A stretch of 62,319 bases of DNA, filler included, from Hausera hauseri (Eukaryota), in NCBI GenBank assembly GCA_046269625.1. It is 9 parts of 9 records of this genome, joined end to end, with 100 filler letters (N's around TTAATTAATTAA, not from the genome) between each part and the next. Parts side by side here need not be neighbours in the genome. Positions count along the whole stretch, not along the records: positions 28,912 to 47,005 come from JBJURY010166641.1; positions 47,106 to 51,655 come from JBJURY010531565.1; 7 more parts are not named here. One strand, 5' to 3'. The notes below the pieces were generated by a model. That model had not been told where the DNA came from, did not search any database, and saw nothing but the letters and a program-made list of their open reading frames with translations. Of this stretch, positions 37,901 through 50,439 are shown piece after piece. Each line of letters starts with the position of its first letter. Within the stretch, counting starts at the first letter, position 1. The translations under genes and the position numbers were made by a program.

Positions 37901-40900
37901 TCGATCGTTCGTTCGATCGTTCCTTCCTTTGTTCGTTCGATCGTTCATTACTTCGTTCTTTCGTTCAATCATTCCTTCGTTCGTGCGTTCACTCTATTTT
38001 TCGTTCTTACGTTCGTTTGGTCGTTCGTCCATTTGTCCGTTCGTTCGGTCGTTCTTTCGTTCTTTCTTTCGTTCATTCGTTTGTTCTTGCGTTTTTTCGC
38101 TCCTTTGTCGTTTTTTCGTTCGGTCGTTCTTTCCTTCGTTCTTTCGTTCGGTCGTTTCTTGGTTTGTTCGTTCGTTCGCTCGTTCTTTCTTTCGATTATT
38201 CGTTTTTTAGCTCGTTCCTTTAATCGTTCGTTCCTTTGTTCCTTCGATTCTTCGTTCCTTCGTTCGCTCGTTCCTTCCTTCCTTCGTCCTTTCTTTCGTT
38301 CGTTCCTTCGTTCATTCTTACATTGCTTCTTTCATTCGGTCGTTTGTTCTTTCGTTCTTTCATTCGTTCTTTCTCTCTTTATTTCGTTCATTCGTTCGTT
38401 CATTCGTCCCTTTGGTCGTTCGTTCGTTCTTTCTTTCGTTCATTCCTTCTTTCGTTCGTTCCATCTTTCCTTCGTTCGTTCCTTCGTTCGTTCGTTCGTT
38501 TCATCTTTCGTTCGTTCCTTCGTTCGTTATTTCGTTCGTACGTTTGTTCATTCTTTCATTCTTTCGTTCTTTAGTTTGTTCGTTCTTTCGTTCCTTCTTT
38601 TGTTCTTTCGTTCTTTCTTTCGTATGTTTATTCGTTCGTTTGTTCTTTCGTTCTTTTTTTCTTTCTTTCCTTCGTTCTTTTTTTTAATCATTCGTTTGTT
38701 CATTCATTCTTTTATTCGATTATTCGTTCTTTCGTGCGTTCCTTTATTCGTTTTTTTTGTGCGTTCGTTCGATTGTTTATTCTTTCGTTTGTTCTCTCGT
38801 TCGTTCGTTCGTTCCTTCGTTCGTTCCATCGTTCGTTTATATGCTGGTTCGTTCCTTTGTTTGGTCTTTCGTTCGGTCCTTCATTCCTTCGTTCGTTCGT
38901 TTGTTCTTTTGTTCTTTCGCTCGTTCCTTCAATTGTTCGTTCCTTTGTTCCTTCGATTGTTCGTTCCTTCGTTCGTTCGTTCGTTCCTTCCTTCCTCCTT
39001 TCGTTCGTTCGTTCCTTCGTTCATTCCTACATTCCTTCTTTCATTCGGTCGTTTGCTCCTTCGTTCGTTCGTTCGTTCTTTTGTTCGTTCTTTCGTTCGT
39101 CCGTTCTTTCTTTATTTCTTTCGTTCGATCATTCGTTCGTTTTTTCGTCCGATTATTCGCTCGTTCGTGAGTTCTTTGGTTCTTTTATTCGTTCGTGTTT
39201 TCGTTCGTTCGTTCTTTCGCTCGTTCCTTCGATCGTTCGTTCCTTTGTTTATTCGATCGATCGTGCCTTCGTTTTTACGTTCCTTTGTTCGTTTGTTTAT
39301 TCGTAGGTTTGTTTATTCTTTTATTCTTTCCTTCTTTCGTTCGTTCGTTCTTTCGGTTTTTCTTTCGTTCCATCGTTCGTTCTTTCGTTCGTTTATTCGT
39401 TCTTTCCTTCGTTCGTTCGTTCTTTCGTTTATTCGTTCCTTCGCTCGTTCCTTCGTTCTTTCGTTCTTTCGTTCATTCGTTCCTTCGCTCGTTCCTTCGT
39501 TCCTTCTTCTGTCTAATCGTTCTCTCGTTCGGTCTTTCGTTCGATGGTTCGTTCTTTCTTTCGTTCGATCATTCGTTCGTTCGGGCGTTTGTTCTTTCGT
39601 TTGTTCGTTCATTCCTTCTTTTGTTCGTTTTTTCTTTCCTTCGTTCGTTCCTTCGTTCGTTCTTTCGTTCCTTCCTTCCTTCGTTCCTTCCTTCGTTCGT
39701 TTGTTCGTTCGTATGTTTGTTCGTTCTTTCATTCTTTCGTTCTTTCGTTCGTTCGTTCTTTCGTTCCTTCTTTCGTTTATTCGTTCGTTTCTGCGTTCCT
39801 TCTTTCGTTCGTTCATTTGTTCTTTCGTTCTTTTTTTCGATTATTCGTTCGGTCGTGCGTTCGTTCCCTCGTTCTTTCGTGCGTTCGTTCGTTCCTTTTT
39901 TGTTTTTCCGTTCATTCGTTCGTTCGTTCTTTCGTTCCTTCGTTCTTTCGTTCGTTTGTACCTTTGTTCGTTCGTTCTTTTGTTCTATTATTCCTTCGTT
40001 CGTGCGTTCCTTAATTCGCTCGTTCGTGCGTTCGTTCGTTCGTTCATTCGTTCGTTTGTTCGCTCGTTCGTTCGTTCCTGCGTCTGTCTAATCGTTCGTT
40101 CGTTTGTTCGTTCGTTCGTACTTTCGTTTGTTTGTTCCTTCGTTCGTTTGTTCGTTCGTACGTTTGTTTGTTCTTTCATTCTTTCGTTCTTTCTTTCGTT
40201 CGTTCTTTCGTTCCTTCTTTACTTTATTCGTTCGTTCCTGCGTTCCTTCTTTCGTTCGTTCATTTGTTCTTTCGTTCGTTCTTTCGATTATTCGTTCGGT
40301 CGTGCGTTCGTTCCCTCGTTCGTTTGTGCGTTCGTTCGTTCCTTCTTCGTTCTTTCGTTCGTTCGATTATTTGTTTTTTCGTGCGTTCCTTTATTCGTTT
40401 CTTCGTGCGTTCGTTCGATCGTTTATTCTTTCCTTTGTTCTCTCGTTCTTTCGTTTGTTCCTTCGTTCGTTCCATCGTTCGTTTATACGCTGGTTCGTTC
40501 CTTTGTTTGGTCTTTCGTTCGGTCCTTCCTTCCTCCTTTTGTTCGTTCGTTCCTTCGTTCATTCCTACATTCCTTCTTTCATTCGGTCGTTTGCTCCTTC
40601 GTTCGTTCGTTCGTTCTTTTGTTCGTTCTTTCGTTCGTCCGTTCTTTCTTTATTTCTTTCGTTCGATCATTCGTTCGTTTTTTCGTTCGATTATTCGCTC
40701 GTTCGTGAGTTCTTTGGTTCTTTTTTTCGTTCGTGTTTTCGTTCGTTCGTTCTTCCGCTCGTTCCTTCGATCGTTCGTTCCTTTGTTTATTTGATCGATC
40801 GTGCCTTCGTTCCTTCGTTCCTTCGTTTGTTTGTTCTTTCGTTCATTCATTCCTTCGCTCGTTTTTTCGTTCCTTCTTCTGTCTAATCGTTCTCTCGTTC

Positions 40901-43900
40901 GGTCTTTTGTTCGATGGTTCGTTCTTTCTTTCGTTCAATCATTCCTTCTTTCGTTCGTTCCTTCCTTCCTTTGTTCCTTCCTTCGTTCGTTTGTTCGTTC
41001 GTATGTTTGTTCGATCTTTCATTCTTTCGTTCTTTCGTTCCTTCTTTCGTTTATTCGTTCGTTCCTGCGTTCCTTCTTTCGTTCGTTCATTTGTTTTTTA
41101 GTTTTTTTTTCGATTATTCGTTCGGTCGTGCGTTCGTTCCCTCGTTCTTTCGTGCGTTCGTTCGTTCCTTCTTTGTTCTTCCGTTCATTCGTTCGTTCGT
41201 TCTTTCGTTCCTTCGTTCTTTCCTTTGTTCTTTCCTTAGTTCGTTCGTTCGTTTGTACCTTTGTTCGTTCGTTCTTTTGTTCTATTATTCCTTCGTTCGT
41301 GCGTTCCTTGATTCGCTCGTTCGTGCGTTCGTTCGTTCGTTCATTCGTTCGTTCGTTCATTCGTACGTTTGTTCGTTCTTTCATTCTTTCGTTCTTTCGT
41401 TCGTTCGTTCTTTCGTTCCTGCGTCTGTCTAATCGTTCGTTTGTTTGTTCGTTTGTTCGTTCTTTTGTTCGTTCGTTCCTTCGTTCGTTTGTTCGTTCGT
41501 ACGTTTGTTCGTTCTTTCATTCTTTTGTTCTTTCGTTCGTTCGTTCTTTCGTTCCTTCTTTCGTTTATTCGTTCGTTCCTGCGTTCCTTCTTTCGTTCCT
41601 TTATTTGTTCTTTCGATTATTCCTTCGGTCGTGCGTTCGTTCCCTCGTTCGTTTGTGCGTTTGTTCGTTCCTTCTTCGTTCTTTCGTTTATTCGTTCGTT
41701 CGTTCTATCGTTTCTTCGTTTTTTCGTTCGTGCGTTCCTTGATTCGATCTTTTGTGCGCTCCATCGTTCTTTCGTTGGTTTGTTTGTTCATTCCTTCTTT
41801 CGCTCTTTCGTTTGTTTTTTCGTCTGTTTAATCGTTCGCTCGTTTGCTCGTTGGTTCGTTCGTTCGTTCGTTCTTTTGTTTGATCATTCGGTCGTTTGGG
41901 CCTTCGTTCTTTTGCTAGTTCGGTCCTTGGTTCGTTCGTTCGTTTGTTCCTTCGTTCATTCATTCTTTCATTCGATTATTTGCTCTTTCGTGCGTTCCTT
42001 GATTCGTTTGTTCGTGCGTTCGTTCGATCGTTCGTTTTCTTGTTCGTTCGTTCCTTCCTTCGTTCGTTCAATCGTTCGTTCCTTCGTTGTTTCGTTCGAT
42101 CATTCGGTCGTTCGTCCGTTCGTCCGTTCGTTGTTTCGTTCTTTCGTTCTTTCTTTCGTTCATTCGTTCGTTCGTGCGTTCGTTCCCTCCTTCGTTCTTG
42201 CGTTTGTTCGCTCCTTTGTCGTTCTTTTGTTCGGTCCTTCTTTCCTACGTTCTTTCGTTCGGTCGTTCCTTAGTGCGTTCGTTCGGTCATTCGTCCGTTC
42301 GTCCGTTTGTTCCTTCTTTCTTTCGTTCTTTCTATCGTTCATTCGTTCGTTCTATCGTTCTTTGATTCACTTGTTCGTGCGTTCATACGATCGTTCGTTC
42401 TTTCGTTCGTTCTATCGTTCGTTCGTTCCTTTGTTCGTTCAATCGTTCGTTTATTCGTTCGTTCGTTCCTTCGTTTGGTCTTTCGTTTGGTCCTTCATTC
42501 CTTCGTTCTTTCGTTCTTTCGCTTGTTCGTTCGATCGTTCGTTCCTTTGTTCGTTCGATCGTTCGTTCCTTCGTTCTTTCGTTCGATCATTCCTACGTTC
42601 GTGCGTTCGTTCGTTTTTTCGTTCGTTCGTTCTTTCTTTATTTCCTTCATTCATCTGTTCTTTCGTCTCTTCGAACATTTGTTCTTTCTATCGTTCGTTC
42701 ATTCCTTCTTTTGTTCGTTCCTTCTTTCCTTCGTTTGTTCCTTCGTTCGTTTGTTCCTTCCTTCCTTCGTTCGTTCCTTCGTTCGTTTGTTCGTTCGTTC
42801 GTTCTTTCGTTCGTTCGTTCCTTCGTTCGTTTGTTCGTTCGTACGTTTGTTCGTTCTTTCATTTTTTCGTTCTTTCGTTTGTTCGTTCTTTCGTTCCTTC
42901 TTTCGTTTATTTGTTCGTTCCTGCGTTCCTTCTTTGTTTTTCCGTTCATTCGTTCGTTCGTTCTTTCGTTCCTTCGTTCTTTCGTTTGTTCGTTCCTTGG
43001 TTCGTTCGTTCGTTTTACCTTTGTTCGTTCGTTCTTTCGTTCTATTATTCCTTCGTTCGTGCGTTCCTTGATTCGATCTTTTGTGCGTTCCTTCGTTCTT
43101 TCGTTGGTTTGTTAGTTCATTCCTTCTTTCGCTTGTTCGTTCGTTCCTTCGTCTATCTAATCGTTCGTTCGTTCGCTCGTTCGTTCGTTGGTTCGTTTGA
43201 TCTTTCGTTTGATCATTCGGTCGTTTGGGCGTTCGTTCTTTCGCTAGTTCGGTCCTTGGTTCGTTCGTTCGTTTGTTCCTTCGTTCATTCATTCGTTCAT
43301 TCGATTATTTGTTCTTTCGTGCGTTCCTTGATTCGTTTGTTCGTGCGTTCGTTCGATCGTTCGTTCTTTCGTTCGTTTTCTCGTTTGTTTGTTCGTTCCT
43401 TCGTTCGTTCAATCGTTTGTTCCTTTGTTCTTTCGTTTGATCTTTTGGTCGTTCGTGCGTTCCTTCTTTTTTTCGTTCGTACGTTCGTTCGGTCGTTCGT
43501 CCGTTCGTCCGTTCGTTGTTTCGTTCTTTCGTTCTTTCTTTCGTTCATTCGTTCTTTCTTGCGTTCGTTTCCTCGTTCGTTCTTGCGTTTGTTTGCTCCT
43601 TTGTCGTTCTTTCGTTCGGTCGTTCTTTCCTACGTTCTTTTGTTCGGTCGTTCCTTGGTTCGTTCGTTCGTTTGTTCGTTCGTTCCCTCGTTCTTTCGTT
43701 CGTTCGTTCTTTCGCTCGTTCCTTCGATCGTTTGTTCCTATGTTCCTTCGTTCCTTCGTTCATTCCTACATTCGTTCTTTCATTCGGTCGTTTGTTTATT
43801 CATGCGTTCGTTTGTTCGTTCGTTCGTTCATTCGTCCCTTCGGTCGTTCGTTCGTTCTTTCGTTCTTTCTTTCGTTTATTTGTTCGTTCGTGCGTTCGTT

Positions 43901-46900
43901 CCCTCCTTCGTTCTTGCGTTTGTTCGCTCCTTTGTCGTTCTTTTGTTCGGTCGTTCTTTCCTACGTTCTTTCATTCGGTCGTTCCTTGGTGCGTTCGTTC
44001 GGTCGTTCGTCCGTTCGTTCGTTCGTTCGTTTTTTTTTCTATCATTCGGTCTTTCGGGCGTTCGTTCTTTCGCTCGTTCGGTCCTTGGTTCGTTCCCTCG
44101 TTCGTTCCTTGGTTCGTTCGTTTATTCCTTCGTTCGTTTGTTCCTTCGTCTGTTTAATCGTTAGCTCGTTCGGTCTTTCGTTCGTTGGTTCGTTTCTTCT
44201 TTCATTCTTTCGTTCTTTCGTTCGTTCGTTCTTTCGTTCCTTCGTTCTTTTGTTTGTTCGTTCCTTCGTTCGTTCGTTCGTTTGTTCGTTGGTTCGTTCG
44301 TTCATTCCTTCGTTTGCTCGTTCGTTTGTTCCTTCATCTGTTTAATCGTTAGCTCGCTCGGTCGTTTGTTCGTTGGTTCGTTCGTTCTTTCGTTCGATTA
44401 TTTGGTCGTTCGGGCGTTCGTTCTTTCGCTAGTTCGGTCCTTGGTTCGTTCGTTCATTTGTTCCTTCGTTCGTTCATTCTTTTGTTCGATTATTCGTTCG
44501 TTTGTGCGTTCCTTGATTCACTTGTTCGTGCGTTCGTTCGATCATTCGTTCTTTCGTTCGTTTTCTTGTTCTTTCGTTCGTTTCTTCGTTCGTTCAATCG
44601 TTCCTTTATTCGTTCGTTCGTTCCTTCGTTTGGTCTTTCGTTCGGTCCTTCATTCGTTCGTTCGTTTGTTCGTTCTTTCGTTTTTTCGCTCGTTTCTTCC
44701 ATCGTTCTTTCCTTTGTTCGTTCGATCGTTCGTTCCTTCGTTTTTTTGTTCGATCATTCCTACGTTTGTGCGTTCGTTCTTTCTTTCTTTCGTAGGTTCG
44801 TTCTCTCGTTCGTCCGTTTGTCCGTTCGTTCGTTCTTTCTTTCGTTCCTTCGTTCTTTGATTCGTTCCTTCGTTCCGTCGTTTGTTCTTTCGTTCGTTTT
44901 CTCGTTCGTTCGTTTGTTTCTTCGTTCATTCAATCGTTCGTTTATTCGTTCGTTCGTTCCTTCGTTTGGTCTTTCGTTCAGTCCATCATTCTTTCGTTCG
45001 TTCGTTCGTTCATTATTTCGTTCTTTTGCTAGTTCCTTCGATCGTTCGTTCCTTTGTTCGTTCGATCGTTCGTTCCTTCGTTCTTTCGTTCGATCATTCC
45101 TACGTTCTTGCGTTCGTTCTTTTTTTCGTTCGTACGTTCGTTTCGTCGTTCGTCCGTTCGTCCGTTCGTTCGTTCGTTCTTTCGTTCTTTTTTTGGTTTA
45201 TTTGTTCATTCGTGCGTTCGTTCCCTCCTTCGTTCTTGCGTTTGTTCGCTCCTTTGTCGTTCTTTCGTTCGGTCGTTCTTTCCTATGTTCTTTCGTTCGG
45301 TATTTCCTTGGTTCGTTCGTTCGTTTGTTCGTTCGTTCGCTCGTTCGCTCGTTCTTTCGTTCGTTCGTTCTTTCGCTCGTTCCTTTAATCGTTCGTTCCT
45401 TTGTTCCTTTGATCGTTCGTTTCTTCGTTCGTTCGTTCCTTCCTTACTTCGTCCATTCGTTCGTTCGTTCTTCCGTTTATTCCTACATTCCTTCTTTCAT
45501 TCGGTCGTTCGTTCTTTTTTTATTTCGTTCATTTGTTCGTTCGTTCGTCCCTTTGGTCGTTCGTTCGTTCTTTCCTTCGTTCATTCCTTCTTTTGTTTGT
45601 TCCTTCTTTCCTTCGTTCGTTCCTTCGTTCGTTCCTTCGTTTGTTCCTTCGTTCGTCCGTTCGTTCGTTCGTTTGTTCGTTCGTTCGTTTTTTTTGTTCT
45701 TTCTTTCCCTCGTTCGTTCTTTCGTTCTTTTTTTAGCTCATTTGTTCGTTCGTGCGTTTGTTCACTCGTTCGTTTTTGTGTTTGTTTGTTCTTTCGCTCG
45801 TTCCTTCGATCGTTCGTTTTTTTGTTCCTTCGATCGATCGTGCCTTCGTTCCTTTGTTCCTTCGTTCGTTTGTTCGTTCGTACATTTGTTTATTCTTTCA
45901 TTCTTTCGTTCTTTCGTTCGTTCGTTCTTTCGTTTTATCTTTCGTTATTTCGTTCGCTCTTTCGTTCGTTTATTCGATCTTGCGTTCGTTCGTTCGTTCA
46001 TTCTTTCATTTGATTATTTGTTTTTTCGTGCGTTCCTTGATTCGTTTGTACGCGCGTTCGTTCGATCGTTCGTTCTTTCGTTCGTTCTCTCGTTCGTTCG
46101 TTCGTTCCTTCGTTCGTTCAATCGTTCGTTTATACGCTTGTTCGTTCCTTTGTTTGGTCTTTCGTTCGGTCCTTCATTTCTTCCTTCGTTTATTCATTCT
46201 TTTTTTCTTTCGCTCGTTCCTTCGATCGTTCGTTCCTTTGTTCCTTCGATTGTTCGTTCCTTCGTTCATTCTTACATTTCTTCGTTCATTTGGTCGTTTG
46301 TTCCTTCGTTCGTTCGTTCGTTCGTTCGTCCCTTTGGTTGTTCTTTCGTTCCTTTGTTCGTTCATTCCTTCTTTTGTTCGTTCCTTCTCTCCTTCGTTCG
46401 TCCCTTCTTTTGTCAATTTGTTTGTTCGTTCTTTCGTTCGTTCATTCCTTCTTTCTTTTGTTCCTTCTTTTCTTCGTTCGTTCCTTCGATCGTTTGTTCG
46501 TTCGTTCGTTCTTTCGTTCTTTCGTTCCTCCTTTCGTTTGTTCGTTCGTACGTTTGTTCGTTCTTTCATTCTTTTGTTCTTTCGTTCGTTTGTTCTTTCG
46601 TTCCTTTTTTCGTTTTGTTCGTTCGTTCGGTCCTTCTTTCGTTCGTCCGTTCGTCCTTTCGTTGTTTCGTTGTTTCGTTCTTTCTTTCGTACATTTGTTC
46701 GTTCGTGCGTTCGTTCCCTCGTTTGTTCTTGCGTTTGTTCGCTCCTTTGTCGTTCTTTCGTTCGGTCGTTCTTTCCTACGTTCTTTTGTTCGGTCGTTCC
46801 TTGGTTCGTTCGTTCCTTTGTTCGTTCGTTCCCTCATTCTTTCGTTCGTTCGTTCTTTCGCTCGTTCCTTCGATCGTTTGTTCCTATGTTCCTTCGTTCG

Positions 46901-47005
46901 TTCGTTCCTTCGTTCATTCCTACATTCCTTCTTTCATTCGGTCGTTTGTTTATTCATGCGTTCGTTTGTTCGTTCGTTCGTTCATTCGTCCCTTCGGTCG
47001 TTCGT
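28912..47005. repeat. About 18 kb of degenerate (TTCG)n/(CGAA)n microsatellite-derived satellite with embedded longer motifs; internal N gap at 29947-30089
   Basis: Continuous TTCG/TTCT/TTCC/TTTG/TTCA tetramers with an A-poor plus strand. Confidence 0.98.
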
Positions 47006-47105
47006 NNNNNNNNNNNNNNNNNNNNNNNNNNNNNNNNNNNNNNNNNNNNTTAATTAATTAANNNNNNNNNNNNNNNNNNNNNNNNNNNNNNNNNNNNNNN
47101 NNNNN

Positions 47106-50100
47106 GCTTTAGCACCAGGATGGTGTAAAGAATGTACGCTGTGAAATGCTTGCCTTTGCAATGATGGTGCTAGAATTATTACTAAATGGCTTGGTTTGGA
47201 GGTGTCCAAAGCCATGCCGTCAACGATTGTGCAAGATTTAAAAGACTTAAGCATGTCTTGAGGTGGCTAATTCTGTTGAAGTTGGTCTTGTGTAAAGATC
47301 GGTGAAAAATTAATCGAACTAATCGACCTCGATAAAAAATCAGCAACTAAATTGTTAACTCCGTTAATATGTTTAATATCGAAATTAAATGTCGACAGGT
47401 ATGATATTTGGCGTTCGTGGCGTGTGGAAGGGTGTTTCATGGCCATGATGTTAAGTAAGTGTTTCTGATCAGTTTGTAGAGTGAAATGACGAGCTAAAAG
47501 TAGATGTGAGAAATGCTTTAAGGCAAGAACGATTGCCCATAGTTCTCGATCAAACGTGGAATATCTGATTTTTGGTGCTTTTAGCTTGCGAGAAAAAAAT
47601 TCCAGGGGTTGGTTTTCTCCCTTGTGGATTTGGCGGAGCACAGCGCCTACAGCAGTGGTTGACACGTCTGTAGTAATGATGAGTACTGCATCAAGCTTGG
47701 GAAAAGCTAGAATATCTACGGTTTATATGCTTTCGCGTAGCTTGTCGAATTTGTCAACCAATTCAGGTGTCCACTGGATTTACTGATGCTTTTGCCGCCG
47801 CTTAGGTGTGAAAATGGTGCCGTTAATTTGGAGCAATATGGTACGTATTTATGTACAAAGTGTAGTGTGCCAAGGAAGCTACACATTTCGGTGGTCGTAC
47901 GATTGCGGGGAATGGCCGTCTGGTGTAATAACGTGTCCTAAAAAGTTAATGCGTTTTTTTTGAAAAGTTGGCATTTGTCGAAATTGACTTGGAGGTTATG
48001 GTGATTAAGACGTTGAAATATTATGAGAAGATGTTCTTCGTGTTGTTTGGCTGAAGATGAAACAAATAGAATATCGTCGATGTAAGGGTGTGCAAACCGG
48101 AAATCTGCAAGAACTGAATCAACGTGCCGCTAAAAAGTTTGTGCGGCATTCCGTAAACCAAATCGCATGAATAGGTATTCATAGAGGCCAAAAGGAGTAG
48201 TTACTGCGGTTTTTTCTATGTCTTCAGGTGCTACCGGTATTTGATGGTAGGCTTTAGCTAAATCAATGGTCGAATAGATGGTGGTTGAATTAAGACGATG
48301 CAAGATATCCTTGATGAGTGGTAAAGAGTATGCATCCATGATAGTCAAGTTGTTCAGCTGTCGGTAGTCACCACATAATCTAAAAGTACCGTCCTTTTTT
48401 GTACAGCGTGTAAAGGTGATGACCAAGGTAATTTGGAACGGCGTACTTTGCCAGAACGTTCTAGATCGAGAAATTCGGCTTCTACGGCCTGTTTACGACG
48501 AGGTGACAGTGGTTGTACCTTTTGGCCTATTGGTCGTTGATGCCGTGTGACGATGTGATGTAAAGTACTGTTTGTGGGAGTAAAAGTACGGTCTTTTTTA
48601 AGTACGCGTGGACATGATGTGTGGACGAATTGCTGTAAAGTTGTAGGTAACTGTGAGAGATCTGGTGGAAGTGGTGAAACGGCTTGAATAGTAGCTGATG
48701 CAATATGTGAGTTGTTTAATGATGTGCAGTCAAGTGGTATTTGGTGTAAGATGGTTGATTTGAAAATGGTGTTGGAGGAGGTATTTTCGTCGAATGAATC
48801 ACGGTTGAACGTAGTACCACAATTATCAACATCAAACCCTAATCGAATGTCAGTGTTATTATTTAAAAATTTACAAATTGCGTTATTATTATGGAAATTA
48901 GAATTAGTTATTGATTTTTTAAGATTGATCTCCGCATTCAGGTCGACTGCGCGGTAGTCGAAACGCAATTAACATATCTAGATATGTCGCCAACGGTGCC
49001 GTTCTTCAAACATCATTGGCTGCAGTCAACCAGTAAATTATAGTGTGAGAGGAAGTCAGATCCTAGAATTGCTGTCTGGACGTTAGCTACTGTGAACGTC
49101 CAGTGGAAGGTTGAAAAAAAATTCGGCAAAGTGAAAAATAATTTATCTGTGCCAGAAATGTTCAGCGGTTGGCCTGAAGCAGTGTATAAGGGGTTTGATC
49201 TTAAATGGAGTATTTTGTGAGGGAAAGGTTTGTGGTATTAAAGAAATCGCTGCACCTGTATTGATGAGGAAGTCAACAGATTGCGTTGTAGGAGCAGTGA
49301 TTGCAGTCTTTAGAGTAAAGGCAGCAAAAGAGATGTGTCGGCGTTTAGAATGTGAAGTAGTGCCTTTGCCAGAGTTTGCCGCTACATCTGGCGCCGAACT
49401 TAGTTTTTTTGAAAGGGTGAACTGAAACGACTATTAAAAGGAAAGGCAGTACATACGTCATTCGTATTTGATTTAAAAGTGCAGCCTGGAATACATTTGC
49501 GCGCACGATTTTTGAACCTTGCATGGTAAATGCAAACAACGGTGTCCGAGGAAAAATTCTTGTTATAAAATTGGCACCCTAGGCAGCACTTCTGGGCATT
49601 AGTGTTTAATCTGCTGTGGCAATAGCAGATCGGCGAACGCGCAGGCGATGGTGAGCGATTTCGTGACGCAGAACTGGTACGGTCAGCGGCAAAACCTCTC
49701 GGCGGGACAGAGATAATTCGTTCAATTTATTATTGATGTTGTTGATTGTTGCATGTACTGCAATGTATTCAGCACGTAGCTGATTAAATTGTTGTTCTAT
49801 GGATGTATTGTCGTTAGCTGCAGCTGCTGCTGAAACTACTGGTGGTGAATTTACGTGTAGGATATCGTGTGTCCTATCGGCTAATTTGGCCAATTTCTCA
49901 AGCGGTGTGGAGTCCCCACTACGGTAAGGAGGGCCCGGATTTGAATAGGTAGTGCATTGAGGAAATAGTGGCGTAGGAGGTCTGGATTATATTCCTTGTT
50001 GACGCCAAGAGTATGTAACTGCGCTATCGATGTATGTAAGAATTCTGATGGCCGTTGGGTTCCTATCACGTTGTCATGAAAGAAACGCTGTATAATCGTG

Positions 50101-50330
50101 TCCGTGGAAGGTTCCGTGATCTTGAGGACTGCGTTAGAAAGTTGGGAATATGGGTCTGGAAGTTCAAAGATTTCGATGATGTTTGTGGTGCCCACATTGG
50201 CCCATTTAAGAAAAATAACTATTGAATTAGCAAATAAAATCATTTGTAAAGTTATCATAAATCTATTTAAGTTAAAAATAAATAAGTGCCGTAATTGCAG
50301 ATTTTAAGATACACGCCAATCTGGTGTTGT
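47106..50330 (-). mobile_element. CsRN1-like Gypsy element (gag, PR, RT, RNase H, start of integrase), decayed
   Basis: gag IGTQRPSEFL, KLADR; two CHCC motifs CYCHSRLNTNAQKCCLGC and CIYHARFKNRARKCIPGC; PR DFLINTGA; RT RLCGDYRQLN, PYIDDIL; RNase H YSTFDRELWAI; integrase HSLHHPG. Confidence 0.93.
49368..49409 (-). promoter_or_regulatory. gag-pol -1 ribosomal frameshift signal (A AAA AAC plus a downstream stem-loop)
   Basis: gag ends CAA AAA AAC TAA; the protease ORF is in the -1 frame; a GCCAGA...TCTGGC stem follows and is conserved in the copy at 11211-11241. Confidence 0.8.
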
Positions 50331-50439
50331 TTAAATAAAAAGGAAATGTTTGTGATTAAAAATAAAAAAAAAAAGATTTTCAGTTTTCTTTTTTCATTCT
50401 GCCATTTTTATTTATCAATAAAATCAAGTCACCCTTTTA

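Noticed and set aside
28927-47061. Very long ORFs (up to 999 aa) rich in RSFV or ERTN
   Set aside because: They are translations of an A-poor tetranucleotide repeat that rarely forms stop codons and are open in several frames at once
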